From NCBI GenBank assembly GCA_017508245.1, contig JAFVZI010000014.1:221889-285888 (forward strand): a DNA stretch of 64,000 nt. Reading direction: 5' to 3'. The notes below the pieces were generated by a model. That model did not search any database and was not told the origin of the DNA. It saw only the letters and a list, made by a program, of their open reading frames with translations. The stretch comes from Helicobacteraceae bacterium (GTDB lineage: Bacteria > Campylobacterota > Campylobacteria > Campylobacterales > Helicobacteraceae). The translations under genes were made by a program, and so were the position numbers. Below, in pieces: positions 12,041-21,416 of this stretch. The stretch's first letter is position 1, and every line of letters starts with the position of its first letter.

Positions 12041-12088
12041 TAAAGTTAATTACAAAACTTGACTAAACTTTCAAAATAGGAGAAATAT

Positions 12089-12685
12089 ATGCTAGTAACT
12101 AAACAAGCTCCAAATTTCGTTGCAGAAGCTGTAACTGCTGATGGTATGTTTGATGATAAATTTGAACTATATAATAATATAGGCAAAAATGGTGCAGTAT
12201 TATTCTTTTGGCCAAAAGATTTTACTTTTGTTTGCCCTTCAGAAATAATCGCATTCAACAATAGAGTAAAAGAATTTAATGATAGAGGTATAAATCTAAT
12301 TGGTGTTTCTATAGATTCTAAAGAAGTGCATTTTGCATGGAGAAACACAGAAGTAAAAAATGGTGGTATAGGTGCTGTAAGTTTTCCAATAGTATCAGAT
12401 ATTACTAAATCTATTTCAAGAGATTATGATGTTTTATTTAATGGTGCTGTTGCGTTAAGAGGCACATTTTTAATCGATAGAAATAAAGTTATTCGCCATG
12501 CAACAATAAATGACCTACCACTTGGAAGAAATGTAGATGAGACACTAAGAATGGTCGATGCTTTACTTTTCTTTGAAGAGCACGGTGAAGTATGTCCAGC
12601 TGGCTGGAATAAAGGTGATAAAGGAATGAAGGCTGATGCTAAAGGCGTAGCAGAATATCTTTCACAAAATGCTAGCAAATTGTAA
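12089..12685 (+). CDS. ahpC: 2-Cys peroxiredoxin (alkyl hydroperoxide reductase C / TsaA)
   Basis: PKDFTFVCPSE and GEVCPAGW motifs; AGGAG RBS. Confidence 0.97.
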   Translation: MLVTKQAPNFVAEAVTADGMFDDKFELYNNIGKNGAVLFFWPKDFTFVCPSEIIAFNNRVKEFNDRGINLIGVSIDSKEVHFAWRNTEVKNGGIGAVSFPIVSDITKSISRDYDVLFNGAVALRGTFLIDRNKVIRHATINDLPLGRNVDETLRMVDALLFFEEHGEVCPAGWNKGDKGMKADAKGVAEYLSQNASKL

Positions 12686-12707
12686 TCTTTCTACAAGTTC
12701 TTTTAGA

Positions 12708-12730
12708 GATTCGTCATTTTATGACGAATC
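12708..12730 (+). terminator. Hairpin GATTCGTCAT-ttt-ATGACGAATC downstream of ahpC
   Basis: Perfect 10-bp stem 22 nt after the stop; no clear U-tract, so terminator versus stabilising hairpin is uncertain. Confidence 0.6.
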
Positions 12731-12787
12731 CAAACATACAAATAATTTTTTCAAGCTACAATAAATCATACTAAATAAGGGAATGGT

Positions 12788-14554
12788 ATGATTAGGATTC
12801 TGGCTTTTGTCCTGTTACTTTTTTTAAATACCGCATTTAGCATTTCATCCTCTACGATTTGTCAAAGCAATGGGAGTTGTGTAGTAAAAGGAACAATAAA
12901 TGATGAAATTAAAATTGAAAGACAATATAGTAAAATTATAAACTACGCTACATTCACCAATAGTGGCACTAGCTTTATTGTAGAGAGTAGTGGCAAGGTT
13001 AGCACCTTTGTAAATTATGGAAATATGAATACATTTTGGACAGCAAATAGTGGTAGTGGCGATATAGATGTATATTATGCGAATTTAAACAATACTTCTA
13101 ATAATGGCAATTTTGCCCTAAGTGGTGCAAATGTAAAGCTTCACTATTTCAATATGAAGATAGATGAAAATGCAAATAATTTCAATAGTATGACTGGAGA
13201 CCTCACCAACAAGCCTGACAATGAGAGAAACTCACACATCCTAATCAGCGGAAGCAATGATAATAAATTTTCATTAAGTAGTGATGCGATGATAGTATTG
13301 AGCTTTGGAGATTCTTTTGAGATTGATAAGAGCTATGATATGACAAAGTTGATACTAAATTGCAAAGGAAGTGGTGGAAATAACAATGTAACATCGTGTT
13401 CTAGCTCATACGATAGCACCCAAAACCAAGCTATCAAAGCAATATCAACTCATAATGATGGGCTATACAAGCTATATAAAAATGCAAACAATCTAACCGT
13501 CTCGCTTGATACATCTTATGCCTCTGCCAATGCCATTTATAAGGGAAATCTATCATCAATAAATACTATTAAAAATCAACTAAATCAAATCTTGTATGAA
13601 AAAAAATTAGAAAATGAATATAGAGCATATAACAATGTAAGAGATAGAGCATTGAGGGACAGGAGAAGCCAGAGAGCTTTTATAGAATCAGGCGTAAGTG
13701 ATAGATATGATGGAGTATCAAGAGGCAATAGAATCCAAAGCCAAATAAACAAATCTAGCATACAACCCAATATTATCGGCAAATCCAACACAAATGATGA
13801 TAACTATTTCTTTTTTTCTCCATTTATTTCATATCAAAATGTATTTGATGGCGGTGAATATAGCGGACTTGGATATGGATTTATCAGTGGATATAATGTG
13901 GATTTAAATAGCAATCATTTGCTTGGATTGCATTTTGGATTTGCCTATGGAGGGCTTACAAGCGATACTAAATTTAACTTCAAAGATATATATTATGCAG
14001 GATTTTTAGGATTGCATTATCAATATAGTTTTGTAGATTCTATGTATTTGAAATTGAGGTTTGAGGTATTTTATCACTACAATACAATCACAAAAAACCT
14101 CGTTGATACTTCAAATCCAAATAGCATATCACCAAGTGTAAATATAGCATTTGGTAAAAAATGGGATAATAGGTTGGGGATTGAAGGTGGCATTGATTAT
14201 ATGGCTATGATGAATTCTAAAGTAGAATCTATAGATGGGAAATATGACAAAAGCCTATTTAACCTTGCATATATTGATATTAATGGCAATTATGATTTGA
14301 AATTTGGTTCTTGGGGGGGGGTAAATACTATTATTGGAAGTAAGATTCTAATCACACCTTATCCTAAAACCACTCTAAGAATATCTGGAGGCAAGGACGT
14401 AGCAATTCACGAAAATCGATATAGTATTTATGCAAATATAGGCACTTCGTGGCAAATAAATGAAATCGTGGCTTTAAATCTCAATTATCTAGGTATTTTT
14501 GGCGATAGAATGATGAGCAATAGTGGATTTTTTAATGTAAAAGTGTGGTGGTAA
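12788..14554 (+). CDS. Autotransporter-like outer-membrane protein (Asn/Ser-rich passenger, C-terminal beta-barrel), internal G9 tract
   Basis: Signal peptide; Asn/Ser/Gly-rich N-half with two Cys pairs; amphipathic strands ending FFNVKVWW. Confidence 0.75.
   Translation: MIRILAFVLLLFLNTAFSISSSTICQSNGSCVVKGTINDEIKIERQYSKIINYATFTNSGTSFIVESSGKVSTFVNYGNMNTFWTANSGSGDIDVYYANLNNTSNNGNFALSGANVKLHYFNMKIDENANNFNSMTGDLTNKPDNERNSHILISGSNDNKFSLSSDAMIVLSFGDSFEIDKSYDMTKLILNCKGSGGNNNVTSCSSSYDSTQNQAIKAISTHNDGLYKLYKNANNLTVSLDTSYASANAIYKGNLSSINTIKNQLNQILYEKKLENEYRAYNNVRDRALRDRRSQRAFIESGVSDRYDGVSRGNRIQSQINKSSIQPNIIGKSNTNDDNYFFFSPFISYQNVFDGGEYSGLGYGFISGYNVDLNSNHLLGLHFGFAYGGLTSDTKFNFKDIYYAGFLGLHYQYSFVDSMYLKLRFEVFYHYNTITKNLVDTSNPNSISPSVNIAFGKKWDNRLGIEGGIDYMAMMNSKVESIDGKYDKSLFNLAYIDINGNYDLKFGSWGGVNTIIGSKILITPYPKTTLRISGGKDVAIHENRYSIYANIGTSWQINEIVALNLNYLGIFGDRMMSNSGFFNVKVWW
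14313..14321 (+). repeat. G9 homopolymer inside the barrel-coding region (in frame, SWGGV)
   Basis: tct tgg ggg ggg gta read directly from the sequence. Confidence 0.9.
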
Positions 14555-14559
14555 AATAT

Positions 14560-14585
14560 ATAGAGATTCTACGCAGAATCCCTAT
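14560..14585 (-). terminator. Hairpin ATAGGGATTCT-gcgt-AGAATCTCTAT (minus strand) between convergent stops
   Basis: 11-bp stem with one G-U pair filling the 30-nt gap between the OMP and GT-C genes; stem is a GATTCT/AGAATC pair. Confidence 0.65.
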
Positions 14586-16543
14586 CACTCTAAGATAACT
14601 TTATAGATAAAATCCATCTTCTCTATTAATTTCTCATCATTTTTCTTACCAAATGGAATCTTTTGGATAATGGCGCCTCTATTTTTCAATTCATTTATAG
14701 TTTGAATAGAATCTGTATAATAAGCATCAAAATATAAGATTCCGGATTCTACTTCATCAATATTTTTGATAAATTTTGCATTTGGTTTTAGATTATAGAC
14801 CTCATACTGCCTTCTCTTATCAGCCATAATTTTATTTATATCTACTATATATGCATCAACATGATTTATAGAATCTTGTGTGATGAATTCAAATTTTGCC
14901 CTTGAATTATCGCCACGACCAATTGGAGATATATTCTTATCAAACAATGCTACGCCAAATATGCCAAAACTAAGCAAAACAAAGACAAAACGATACGAGC
15001 TATCAATCCTAAATATCATAAAACAAACAAAGCTAATAATAAGAGGGTAAATAACAAATATGATATATTTTGTAACATATATTGGACGTATAAAACTTGC
15101 AATAAATGGGATAATAATCATTAAAATACAGATTCCAAGCAAGAAATATACAAATTTATTTCTATATTTTATTGAATACAGCACAAATACAATAAATAAA
15201 AACATACTTATTCCGCTACCTAGAATCTGAAATGGAAGGATAAATATATCATTTAAACTTGGCATTTGTATCCAAGTATTAAAGCTAGAATCTAAAAGCG
15301 ATTGCTTAAATGCGGTGATATAAAAATATGGCACAAGAGAAAGTGCAATTATGCAATCAAGTAGAAAAAGGATTGATATTTTTTTGATATTTTTTAAAAT
15401 AAAAATACTAAGAATGAAGCTAGAAAATATAAAAATAGAGCCAAAATAATGCGTATTTACTAGCATAATGGACAATAAAACATAAATTATCATATTTTTG
15501 TAGCTAAATTTATCATAAAGATTAAATAAATAATGACAAATAAAAGGAATCAAAGTAAGCACTAAGACATAGCCTCTTACTTCGTGGCTTGCACCAATTG
15601 CAACTTGTGAAATCGCCATGAATAAAGCACCAAATAATGCGATAGCAGAATCTTGCTTGAAATAATTTTTGAGAAATAAAAAGATTCCAAGTGGTGCAAT
15701 TGTGCCTATTACGACCGATAACATTCTTGCAGATTCTATTGTGTATCCAAAGATTCCCAGCCATATTTTCAATAAGAAGTTATAGAATGGGGGATTCCCA
15801 GGGTCTTTAAATACACTTAAAAAACTATCATCTGGATATGCAACAACTCCAATAGAATACAATTCGTCTCCCCATAGCGATTGCACATCAAATTGATTCA
15901 ATCTAAAGCAAAATCCAATCAATACTATAAAAACCAATATCAAAATATGGTTTTTTTCTATCATATTTTTAAAAACTACAGAATCTATTTTGAATAATAA
16001 AATAATGGCAATCCAAAGAAATAAATATGGTGGAGCGATAAATAACTTTATAAGACCTGCGTATATATTCTCGACATTGTTCATAAAAGTGCTAGATTCA
16101 TTAAGTTTTAGATTTGATAAGTCTATGAGATATTTTCCATTATCTATGCTGGATTTTATAGAATCTTTATTTAGATAAAAATTTCTGCTTCCAATATTCA
16201 CGCTAATAAATTCAATATCATCTAATGCGACTTTAGAATCTACCAATAAGCCTAATTTAGATACATTAGATTCTATTGCATTTCTGCTCATAGCACATAT
16301 TGTATTTTTGGCAACGCTATATGGATAAAATGCGATTCCTTCACCTTTTTGCGAATATGTCAGTTCTATATTCCCAGAATCTACAAGCAAGTGATACGAC
16401 TTGCAATCTTTTGCAGAAATACTTACATCAAGTGGTGCAAACGAATGCTCTAAAGTAGCATAATTTCCACTATATATAAATTTTGCTACCATCACAAACA
16501 AGGCAATAAAAACACAAAATGCAAGATAGACTCTATTCATCAA
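14585..16543 (-). CDS. GT-C fold integral-membrane glycosyltransferase (PMT_2 / GT39-GT83-like) with N-terminal extracytoplasmic extension
   Basis: FRL..QSLWGDE acidic motif after a TM helix, NPPFYNFLLKIW, ARMLSVVIG, more than 10 TM helices; operonic with GtrA and GT2. Confidence 0.8.
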   Translation of the reverse strand: MMNRVYLAFCVFIALFVMVAKFIYSGNYATLEHSFAPLDVSISAKDCKSYHLLVDSGNIELTYSQKGEGIAFYPYSVAKNTICAMSRNAIESNVSKLGLLVDSKVALDDIEFISVNIGSRNFYLNKDSIKSSIDNGKYLIDLSNLKLNESSTFMNNVENIYAGLIKLFIAPPYLFLWIAIILLFKIDSVVFKNMIEKNHILILVFIVLIGFCFRLNQFDVQSLWGDELYSIGVVAYPDDSFLSVFKDPGNPPFYNFLLKIWLGIFGYTIESARMLSVVIGTIAPLGIFLFLKNYFKQDSAIALFGALFMAISQVAIGASHEVRGYVLVLTLIPFICHYLFNLYDKFSYKNMIIYVLLSIMLVNTHYFGSIFIFSSFILSIFILKNIKKISILFLLDCIIALSLVPYFYITAFKQSLLDSSFNTWIQMPSLNDIFILPFQILGSGISMFLFIVFVLYSIKYRNKFVYFLLGICILMIIIPFIASFIRPIYVTKYIIFVIYPLIISFVCFMIFRIDSSYRFVFVLLSFGIFGVALFDKNISPIGRGDNSRAKFEFITQDSINHVDAYIVDINKIMADKRRQYEVYNLKPNAKFIKNIDEVESGILYFDAYYTDSIQTINELKNRGAIIQKIPFGKKNDEKLIEKMDFIYKVILE

Positions 16544-16929
16544 TCACTCCTCCCTTTTTTAAATACAAAATATTTTGATAATAAAAAATTTACTACAAAT
16601 GCAGAGGCGATACCTAATGCTTGCGACAAAATATCCTTATAATAAAACTGTCCTAAAATGAAATTTCTAAAAATAAATAATACAGATAGATTCACACACA
16701 AGCCAAAGATATTTGCTTGTATATAAAATAGATATTGCTTAAAATTTAGAGCTTTTTCTTGAAATGTAAAAAAGTTATTTAAGATGTAGTTTTGGCTAAG
16801 TGCGATGATAAAGCATATACAAGAATTTAGTATATAATGCAGTGCAAATCTTGATAAGATAAAAAATATCACTAGATTTGTAATCGTGCCTAAGGCTCCA
16901 ACAAAAGCAAATTTGATAAACTTCATCAT
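16540..16929 (-). CDS. GtrA-family flippase for lipid-linked monosaccharide
   Basis: 129 aa, 4 TM, FIKFAFVGALGTITN, NYILNNFFTF, VNFLLSKYFVFKK; ATGA overlaps on both sides. Confidence 0.9.
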   Translation of the reverse strand: MMKFIKFAFVGALGTITNLVIFFILSRFALHYILNSCICFIIALSQNYILNNFFTFQEKALNFKQYLFYIQANIFGLCVNLSVLFIFRNFILGQFYYKDILSQALGIASAFVVNFLLSKYFVFKKGRSD

Positions 16930-17657
16930 CTGCCAAACCTTAAAAGCAAAGTCTTATAAATTGCCTCAAATATGATAGATTTGCTCATTTTTGACTTGCC
17001 CTGCGTCCTATCACAAAAACAAATCGGAAATTCAACTATTTTTAGATTCGCTCTTTTTGCCCTATATTTCATTTCTATTTGAAAACAATATCCATTTGAA
17101 TCTATTTGCTTTATATCAATAGCTTTGATTGCCTTTAAGGTATAGGCATTAAATCCGCCTGTAAAATCCATAATCTTACAGCCAAGCACGAATCTAGCAT
17201 ATAAACTACCGCCAAAAGACAGAATCTTTCTAAATAGATTCCAGCCTACTACGCTTCCACCTTTGATATTCCTAGAACCAATTACTACATCAAAAGATTC
17301 TAAATAAAACAAAAAGTTAGATATATATTTTGGATTATGAGAAAAATCTGCATCCATCGAGATAAAATAATCATATCCATATTTTATACCTATTTCAAAA
17401 CCAATGATATACGCCTTGCCAAGACCATTTTTAGATTCTTGGATAAATAAATGAAGGTTTGGGTATTTTGCTTTTAGCGATTTTACGATATTGCAAGTAT
17501 CATCATTTGAATTACCATCAATGATAAGAATATTTATTTTTGGATAGAGACTAAAAATAGAAATTATTAAATTTTTAATGTTGCAGGCTTCATTGTATGT
17601 GGGAATTAAAATCAGACTATTTTGTTGCTGCCCCCCCCTATTAAATGCTACATTCAT
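16926..17657 (-). CDS. GT2 polyprenol-monophosphosugar synthase (Ppm1/DPM1-like); 5' G8 tract, in frame
   Basis: IPTYNE, MDADFSHNP, DFTGGF, GYCFQIEM, DRTQGKSKM; ATG 17657 behind GAGG RBS. Confidence 0.9.
   Translation of the reverse strand: MNVAFNRGGQQQNSLILIPTYNEACNIKNLIISIFSLYPKINILIIDGNSNDDTCNIVKSLKAKYPNLHLFIQESKNGLGKAYIIGFEIGIKYGYDYFISMDADFSHNPKYISNFLFYLESFDVVIGSRNIKGGSVVGWNLFRKILSFGGSLYARFVLGCKIMDFTGGFNAYTLKAIKAIDIKQIDSNGYCFQIEMKYRAKRANLKIVEFPICFCDRTQGKSKMSKSIIFEAIYKTLLLRFGR
17631..17638 (-). repeat. G8 homopolymer at codons 7-9 of the GT2 gene (NRGGQQQ)
   Basis: C8 on + strand: tttgttgctg-cccccccc-tattaaatgcta. Confidence 0.9.
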
Positions 17658-17665
17658 ATTTTTCC

Positions 17666-18466
17666 TCAAATTTTATGTAATTCAAAATTACCATTAGAAT
17701 CTTTTATAAATTTTGCTTTATTTTCTTTGATAAGGCTGCTTACTACGCTTTTAAAAAGCTTTTTGCTAATGCCTAGATATTCAAAAATCTCTTTGCTGTT
17801 GGAATCGAAATTGAATTTTAACACACTGTCACTCAATTTGTCTAAAATGATATTTTTTGCAAGATTTATATTAGATACCAAGCCTAAATCGGCTTTGCCA
17901 TCTTTTCTTATTTTTTTTATGATGCCTTTGATGTTATCACCAATATTTATTTTCATATTGATGTCATTGTTGTGAATTACCCCAAAATATTCATTATTTA
18001 CTACACAATTAAAACCAATATCTGTTTTTAAAAATGGCAAAATATCAACATTTTTTATTCTTGAATTGATATTTAGCTTCTTTAGATAATTGTCCAGATT
18101 CTGCCTTGCAATAAGTCTATTTTGCTTATCTAAGGTTAGTTTTATTACTACCTTTTGTCCAATTTTTAGCTTTGATGGATTCTTGCTTGGCATAAATAAA
18201 TCCTTTGGAATTCCAAGATTTAGATATGCTCCATTTTCTACTATATCAATGACTTCTAATGACAAAATATCACCAACAAAACCCTTTGGTATCGTAGTGA
18301 TTGCTACCAATCTATCCTCACTATCACTATATACAAAGACCCAAACAAAGCTACCTATAATCATTTCATCTGTGATATATCGATTTGGTAACAAAACTTC
18401 ATTTTTATCATCATCTATCAAATAAGCACCGGACTTGCTAAATCGCGATACTTTTAGATGCTGCAT
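17666..18466 (-). CDS. CvfB-like multi-S1-domain RNA-binding protein
   Basis: GAYL..EVLLPNRY, VFVYSDSEDRLVA, GIPKDLFMP, C-terminal winged helix ISKKLFK. Confidence 0.85.
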   Translation of the reverse strand: MQHLKVSRFSKSGAYLIDDDKNEVLLPNRYITDEMIIGSFVWVFVYSDSEDRLVAITTIPKGFVGDILSLEVIDIVENGAYLNLGIPKDLFMPSKNPSKLKIGQKVVIKLTLDKQNRLIARQNLDNYLKKLNINSRIKNVDILPFLKTDIGFNCVVNNEYFGVIHNNDINMKINIGDNIKGIIKKIRKDGKADLGLVSNINLAKNIILDKLSDSVLKFNFDSNSKEIFEYLGISKKLFKSVVSSLIKENKAKFIKDSNGNFELHKI

Positions 18467-18477
18467 TTGCCCTACTC

Positions 18478-19038
18478 TTATGACAATTCTCCTATAATAT
18501 TGATTATTTTATACACATCAAAATTATACAATATACCTAAATAACTAGCTCCAAACAATGCTATTATCGGAACTAAAACTATACTAAAAATCATTTTTTC
18601 TGTAGTACTGCCTGTTTTAAATCTAAGAGCACTAGGCAACAATACAGCTTTTGCTTTAGAAAATGGAAAAAAATAATAAGGGATTCCACTAATTGTAAGC
18701 ATATCGCCTATTTGATGAAGAAAGATTCCAAAGCTAATAGCAAAACAAACAAAAGCATAAGTTTTATAATATGGAAGCAATACCAAACCAAGCAAAATTA
18801 TTAGAAATGGAAATATAAAAAAATGTGTAAAACCACGATGAGTAAAACTCAAGCTAACTATATGAGAAATAATAGGAAACTTCCTACCAATAAAGCTCCT
18901 TGGTTCATCAATATCAGGCAACAAAGAGCCAAAAACAACTAAAGGCAATAAAACAATAGCATTTGCTTGATTGGAAGTTAGACTTGCAACACCAAATCCA
19001 CCAAGCAAACCAAGAGCCATATGCGACTTTGCTAACAT
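18478..19038 (-). CDS. YdjM-family metal-dependent membrane hydrolase
   Basis: MLAKSH, GSLLPDID, HRGFTH, HQIGDMLTISG; start moved to ATG 19038 to avoid rpsI overlap. Confidence 0.85.
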   Translation of the reverse strand: MLAKSHMALGLLGGFGVASLTSNQANAIVLLPLVVFGSLLPDIDEPRSFIGRKFPIISHIVSLSFTHRGFTHFFIFPFLIILLGLVLLPYYKTYAFVCFAISFGIFLHQIGDMLTISGIPYYFFPFSKAKAVLLPSALRFKTGSTTEKMIFSIVLVPIIALFGASYLGILYNFDVYKIINIIGELS

Positions 19039-19084
19039 TATCTTATCTTTTATACTTTTAAAGCCTCTAAAAAGAGGATAAAGA

Positions 19085-19474
19085 TTATCTCTTAGAGAAT
19101 TGAGGACTTCTTCTTGCTTTTCTTTTTCCGTATTTTTTACGTTCAACAACTCTAGAATCTCTAGTTAAAAGACCTTTAGGTTTTAAAATAGCTCTGAAAG
19201 AAGTGTCATACAAATTAAGGGCTTTTGAGATTCCGTGTCTTAGAGCTTCTGCTTGAGCACTATAACCACCACCAAAAGTAATAGCCACAATATCCAGTGC
19301 TTTTTCTTGTGAAGTTAATACTAGCGGTTGGATAACTTTCATCTTAATTGCTTCGTGTCCGCCAAGCCATTCATCTAAGCTTTTACCATTGATACTTAAA
19401 GTTCCTTTACCAGCCTTAATCCATACCTTTGCTATTGCACTTTTTCTTTTACCAGTTGCATAAACTTTTGTCAT
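19085..19474 (-). CDS. rpsI: 30S ribosomal protein S9
   Basis: [29 protein letters not shown]. Confidence 0.98.
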   Translation of the reverse strand: MTKVYATGKRKSAIAKVWIKAGKGTLSINGKSLDEWLGGHEAIKMKVIQPLVLTSQEKALDIVAITFGGGYSAQAEALRHGISKALNLYDTSFRAILKPKGLLTRDSRVVERKKYGKRKARRSPQFSKR

Positions 19475-19480
19475 ATTTTA

Positions 19481-19915
19481 TTAGTCCTTTTTACTTTGTT
19501 TGCTTGTTTGTGCAGTGTGTGGATGTTCGCTTCCACTATAAACCTTTAGCTTGCCAATCATTTCTCTGCCTAATTTTGTTTTTGGAAGCATACCTCTAAC
19601 AGCTAATCTAAATAATTTTTCTGGATGCTTTTCTAGCATTTCTGTGAGTGTTTTTGATTTTGTGCTACCAAAATAACCTGAATGTGTGAAATATTCTTTA
19701 TTGTTTAATTTTAAACCGCTAAATTTTACGTCTTTAGCATTGATAATTACTACAAAATCTCCACAATCGACATTTGGAGTGTAGCTTGGCTTATGTTTTC
19801 CTCTTAGATAAGTGGCCGCCTTTGCTATCAATCTACCAAAAATCTCATCTTTTGCATCTAGCACAATCCAATCCCTCTGTATTTCATTTTTTTTCATTGC
19901 AGAAGTTAGATTCAT
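19481..19915 (-). CDS. rplM: 50S ribosomal protein L13
   Basis: RGKHKPSYTPNVDCGD, AVRGMLPK. Confidence 0.98.
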   Translation of the reverse strand: MNLTSAMKKNEIQRDWIVLDAKDEIFGRLIAKAATYLRGKHKPSYTPNVDCGDFVVIINAKDVKFSGLKLNNKEYFTHSGYFGSTKSKTLTEMLEKHPEKLFRLAVRGMLPKTKLGREMIGKLKVYSGSEHPHTAQTSKQSKKD

Positions 19916-19946
19916 AATAATGCCTTTATATTGATTTAAAGGTGGT

Positions 19947-19979
19947 ATTATAGAAGATAAAACTTAAGATTATCTTAAT
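19947..19979 (-). promoter_or_regulatory. Putative rplM promoter: TATAAT with upstream ATTAAG-N5-CTTAAG direct repeat
   Basis: Minus strand ATTAAGataatCTTAAGttttatcttcTATAAT; resembles the TTTAAG direct-repeat box of HP1043/HsrA. Confidence 0.55.
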
Positions 19980-19990
19980 TTAAGTTTATA

Positions 19991-20476
19991 TTAATCTATA
20001 AAATGCTGTTCTTGGAATCTAAGCAAATTTGAAGAATGATTGCTCATTGAATACGCCTTGTCATATTCTTCTTTTATGATATTTTTGATTTCTTCTTTTT
20101 GCTCTATAAAATCATCATCTAATATCGCATCTATGACTAAATAAAGCTGGATATTTTGCCTTAAAATATCAAATGCTTTCTTTTTATCTTGGTCATACAA
20201 ATCTTCATCATCTTCATATGCAAGTAGCTGCAAAATAATCCTATCATATACTAAAGTTGCAAGATGCTTTGGTTTTATCGTGCCAAATAAATACTCTTTT
20301 GCATTAGATATCAATTTTTGTCTATCTGTATCATTCATATATATCAATACTGGAATGATGATAAATAACCGCTCAAATTTTACTCCGAGTGCACGTGTCT
20401 GAATCCTAATTAAGATTCTATCTATAAAACTATATTTATAAAAATCAAAGAAAGCTGAAGTTGCACTATTAAACAT
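19991..20476 (-). CDS. Hypothetical helical protein
   Basis: 161-aa ORF starting 2 nt after argB stop; no motif recognised. Confidence 0.7.
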   Translation of the reverse strand: MFNSATSAFFDFYKYSFIDRILIRIQTRALGVKFERLFIIIPVLIYMNDTDRQKLISNAKEYLFGTIKPKHLATLVYDRIILQLLAYEDDEDLYDQDKKKAFDILRQNIQLYLVIDAILDDDFIEQKEEIKNIIKEEYDKAYSMSNHSSNLLRFQEQHFID

Positions 20477-20478
20477 AT

Positions 20479-21339
20479 CTACTCCAGAATTATTTGCGTT
20501 CCAATGCCATTTGTAGTAAATAGCTCCAATAGTATAGAATGAGGGATTCTACCATCTATGATATGAACTTTTTTTACGCCATTTTTTACACAAGATACAC
20601 AAGCATCTATCTTTGGTATCATACCACCTGTAATCACGCCATCATTTTTATATTTTTCAGCATCATTTGGCACGATTGTAGATATTAATTCACCATTACA
20701 ATCCAACACTCCTTTTGTATCCGTCAAAAATATCACTTTATTTGCCTTTATTGCTTTTGCTATTTCACAAGCAACACTATCTGCATTGATATTAAACCCA
20801 GGGTGTTTTATGTCATCACCAGAAGCAATTGGTGCAACAATTGGCACAAAACCATCATCTAATAACTTTTGTAAAATGTTTATATTCACTTTTTCTATCT
20901 CGCCTGTATATCCAAAAACTTTAAAATCTTTTGGCTTGGCCTTTAAAAGCATAGAATCTTTGCCACTAATTCCTACTGCTTTTACTCCATGGTGATTGAA
21001 AAAAAATGTCAATTCCTTGTTTATATCACCACTTAAAACCATCTCAACAACTTTCATTGCCTCTTTTGATGTTACTCTTATGCCATCTATAAATTTATTA
21101 TCAATATTTAGAATCTCTAATATTTGAGTAATTTTTGGACCTCCACCATGCACGATGACCGGCTTAATTCCAAGCATATATAAAAGTATAATATCAAGTG
21201 CAAATTTTTCTTTTAATTCAAGATTCTGCTGTGCTGCACCACCATATTTGATAATTATCACACTATCTCGAAATTCCCGTATAAACGGGATAGAATCTAC
21301 TAATATATCCGCTATCTTTATCTTGCTTAACACTTGCAA
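20479..21339 (-). CDS. argB: Acetylglutamate kinase
   Basis: IKYGGAA, VHGGGP, NINAD, GGMIPK. Confidence 0.97.
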   Translation of the reverse strand: MQVLSKIKIADILVDSIPFIREFRDSVIIIKYGGAAQQNLELKEKFALDIILLYMLGIKPVIVHGGGPKITQILEILNIDNKFIDGIRVTSKEAMKVVEMVLSGDINKELTFFFNHHGVKAVGISGKDSMLLKAKPKDFKVFGYTGEIEKVNINILQKLLDDGFVPIVAPIASGDDIKHPGFNINADSVACEIAKAIKANKVIFLTDTKGVLDCNGELISTIVPNDAEKYKNDGVITGGMIPKIDACVSCVKNGVKKVHIIDGRIPHSILLELFTTNGIGTQIILE

Positions 21340-21416
21340 TATTCCTATAATTTTAAAGTATTTTAGTCGCTTTTTTGTTATTATATCTCAAAGATTATAA
21401 ACGAAAGGGGATTATT

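Noticed and set aside
18478-19149. Long N-terminal extensions in track ORFs (ydjM overlapping rpsI; also recA, fabH, 41383 GT2, mobA)
   Set aside because: Artefacts of longest-ORF calling; downstream starts fit RBS position or family N-termini better
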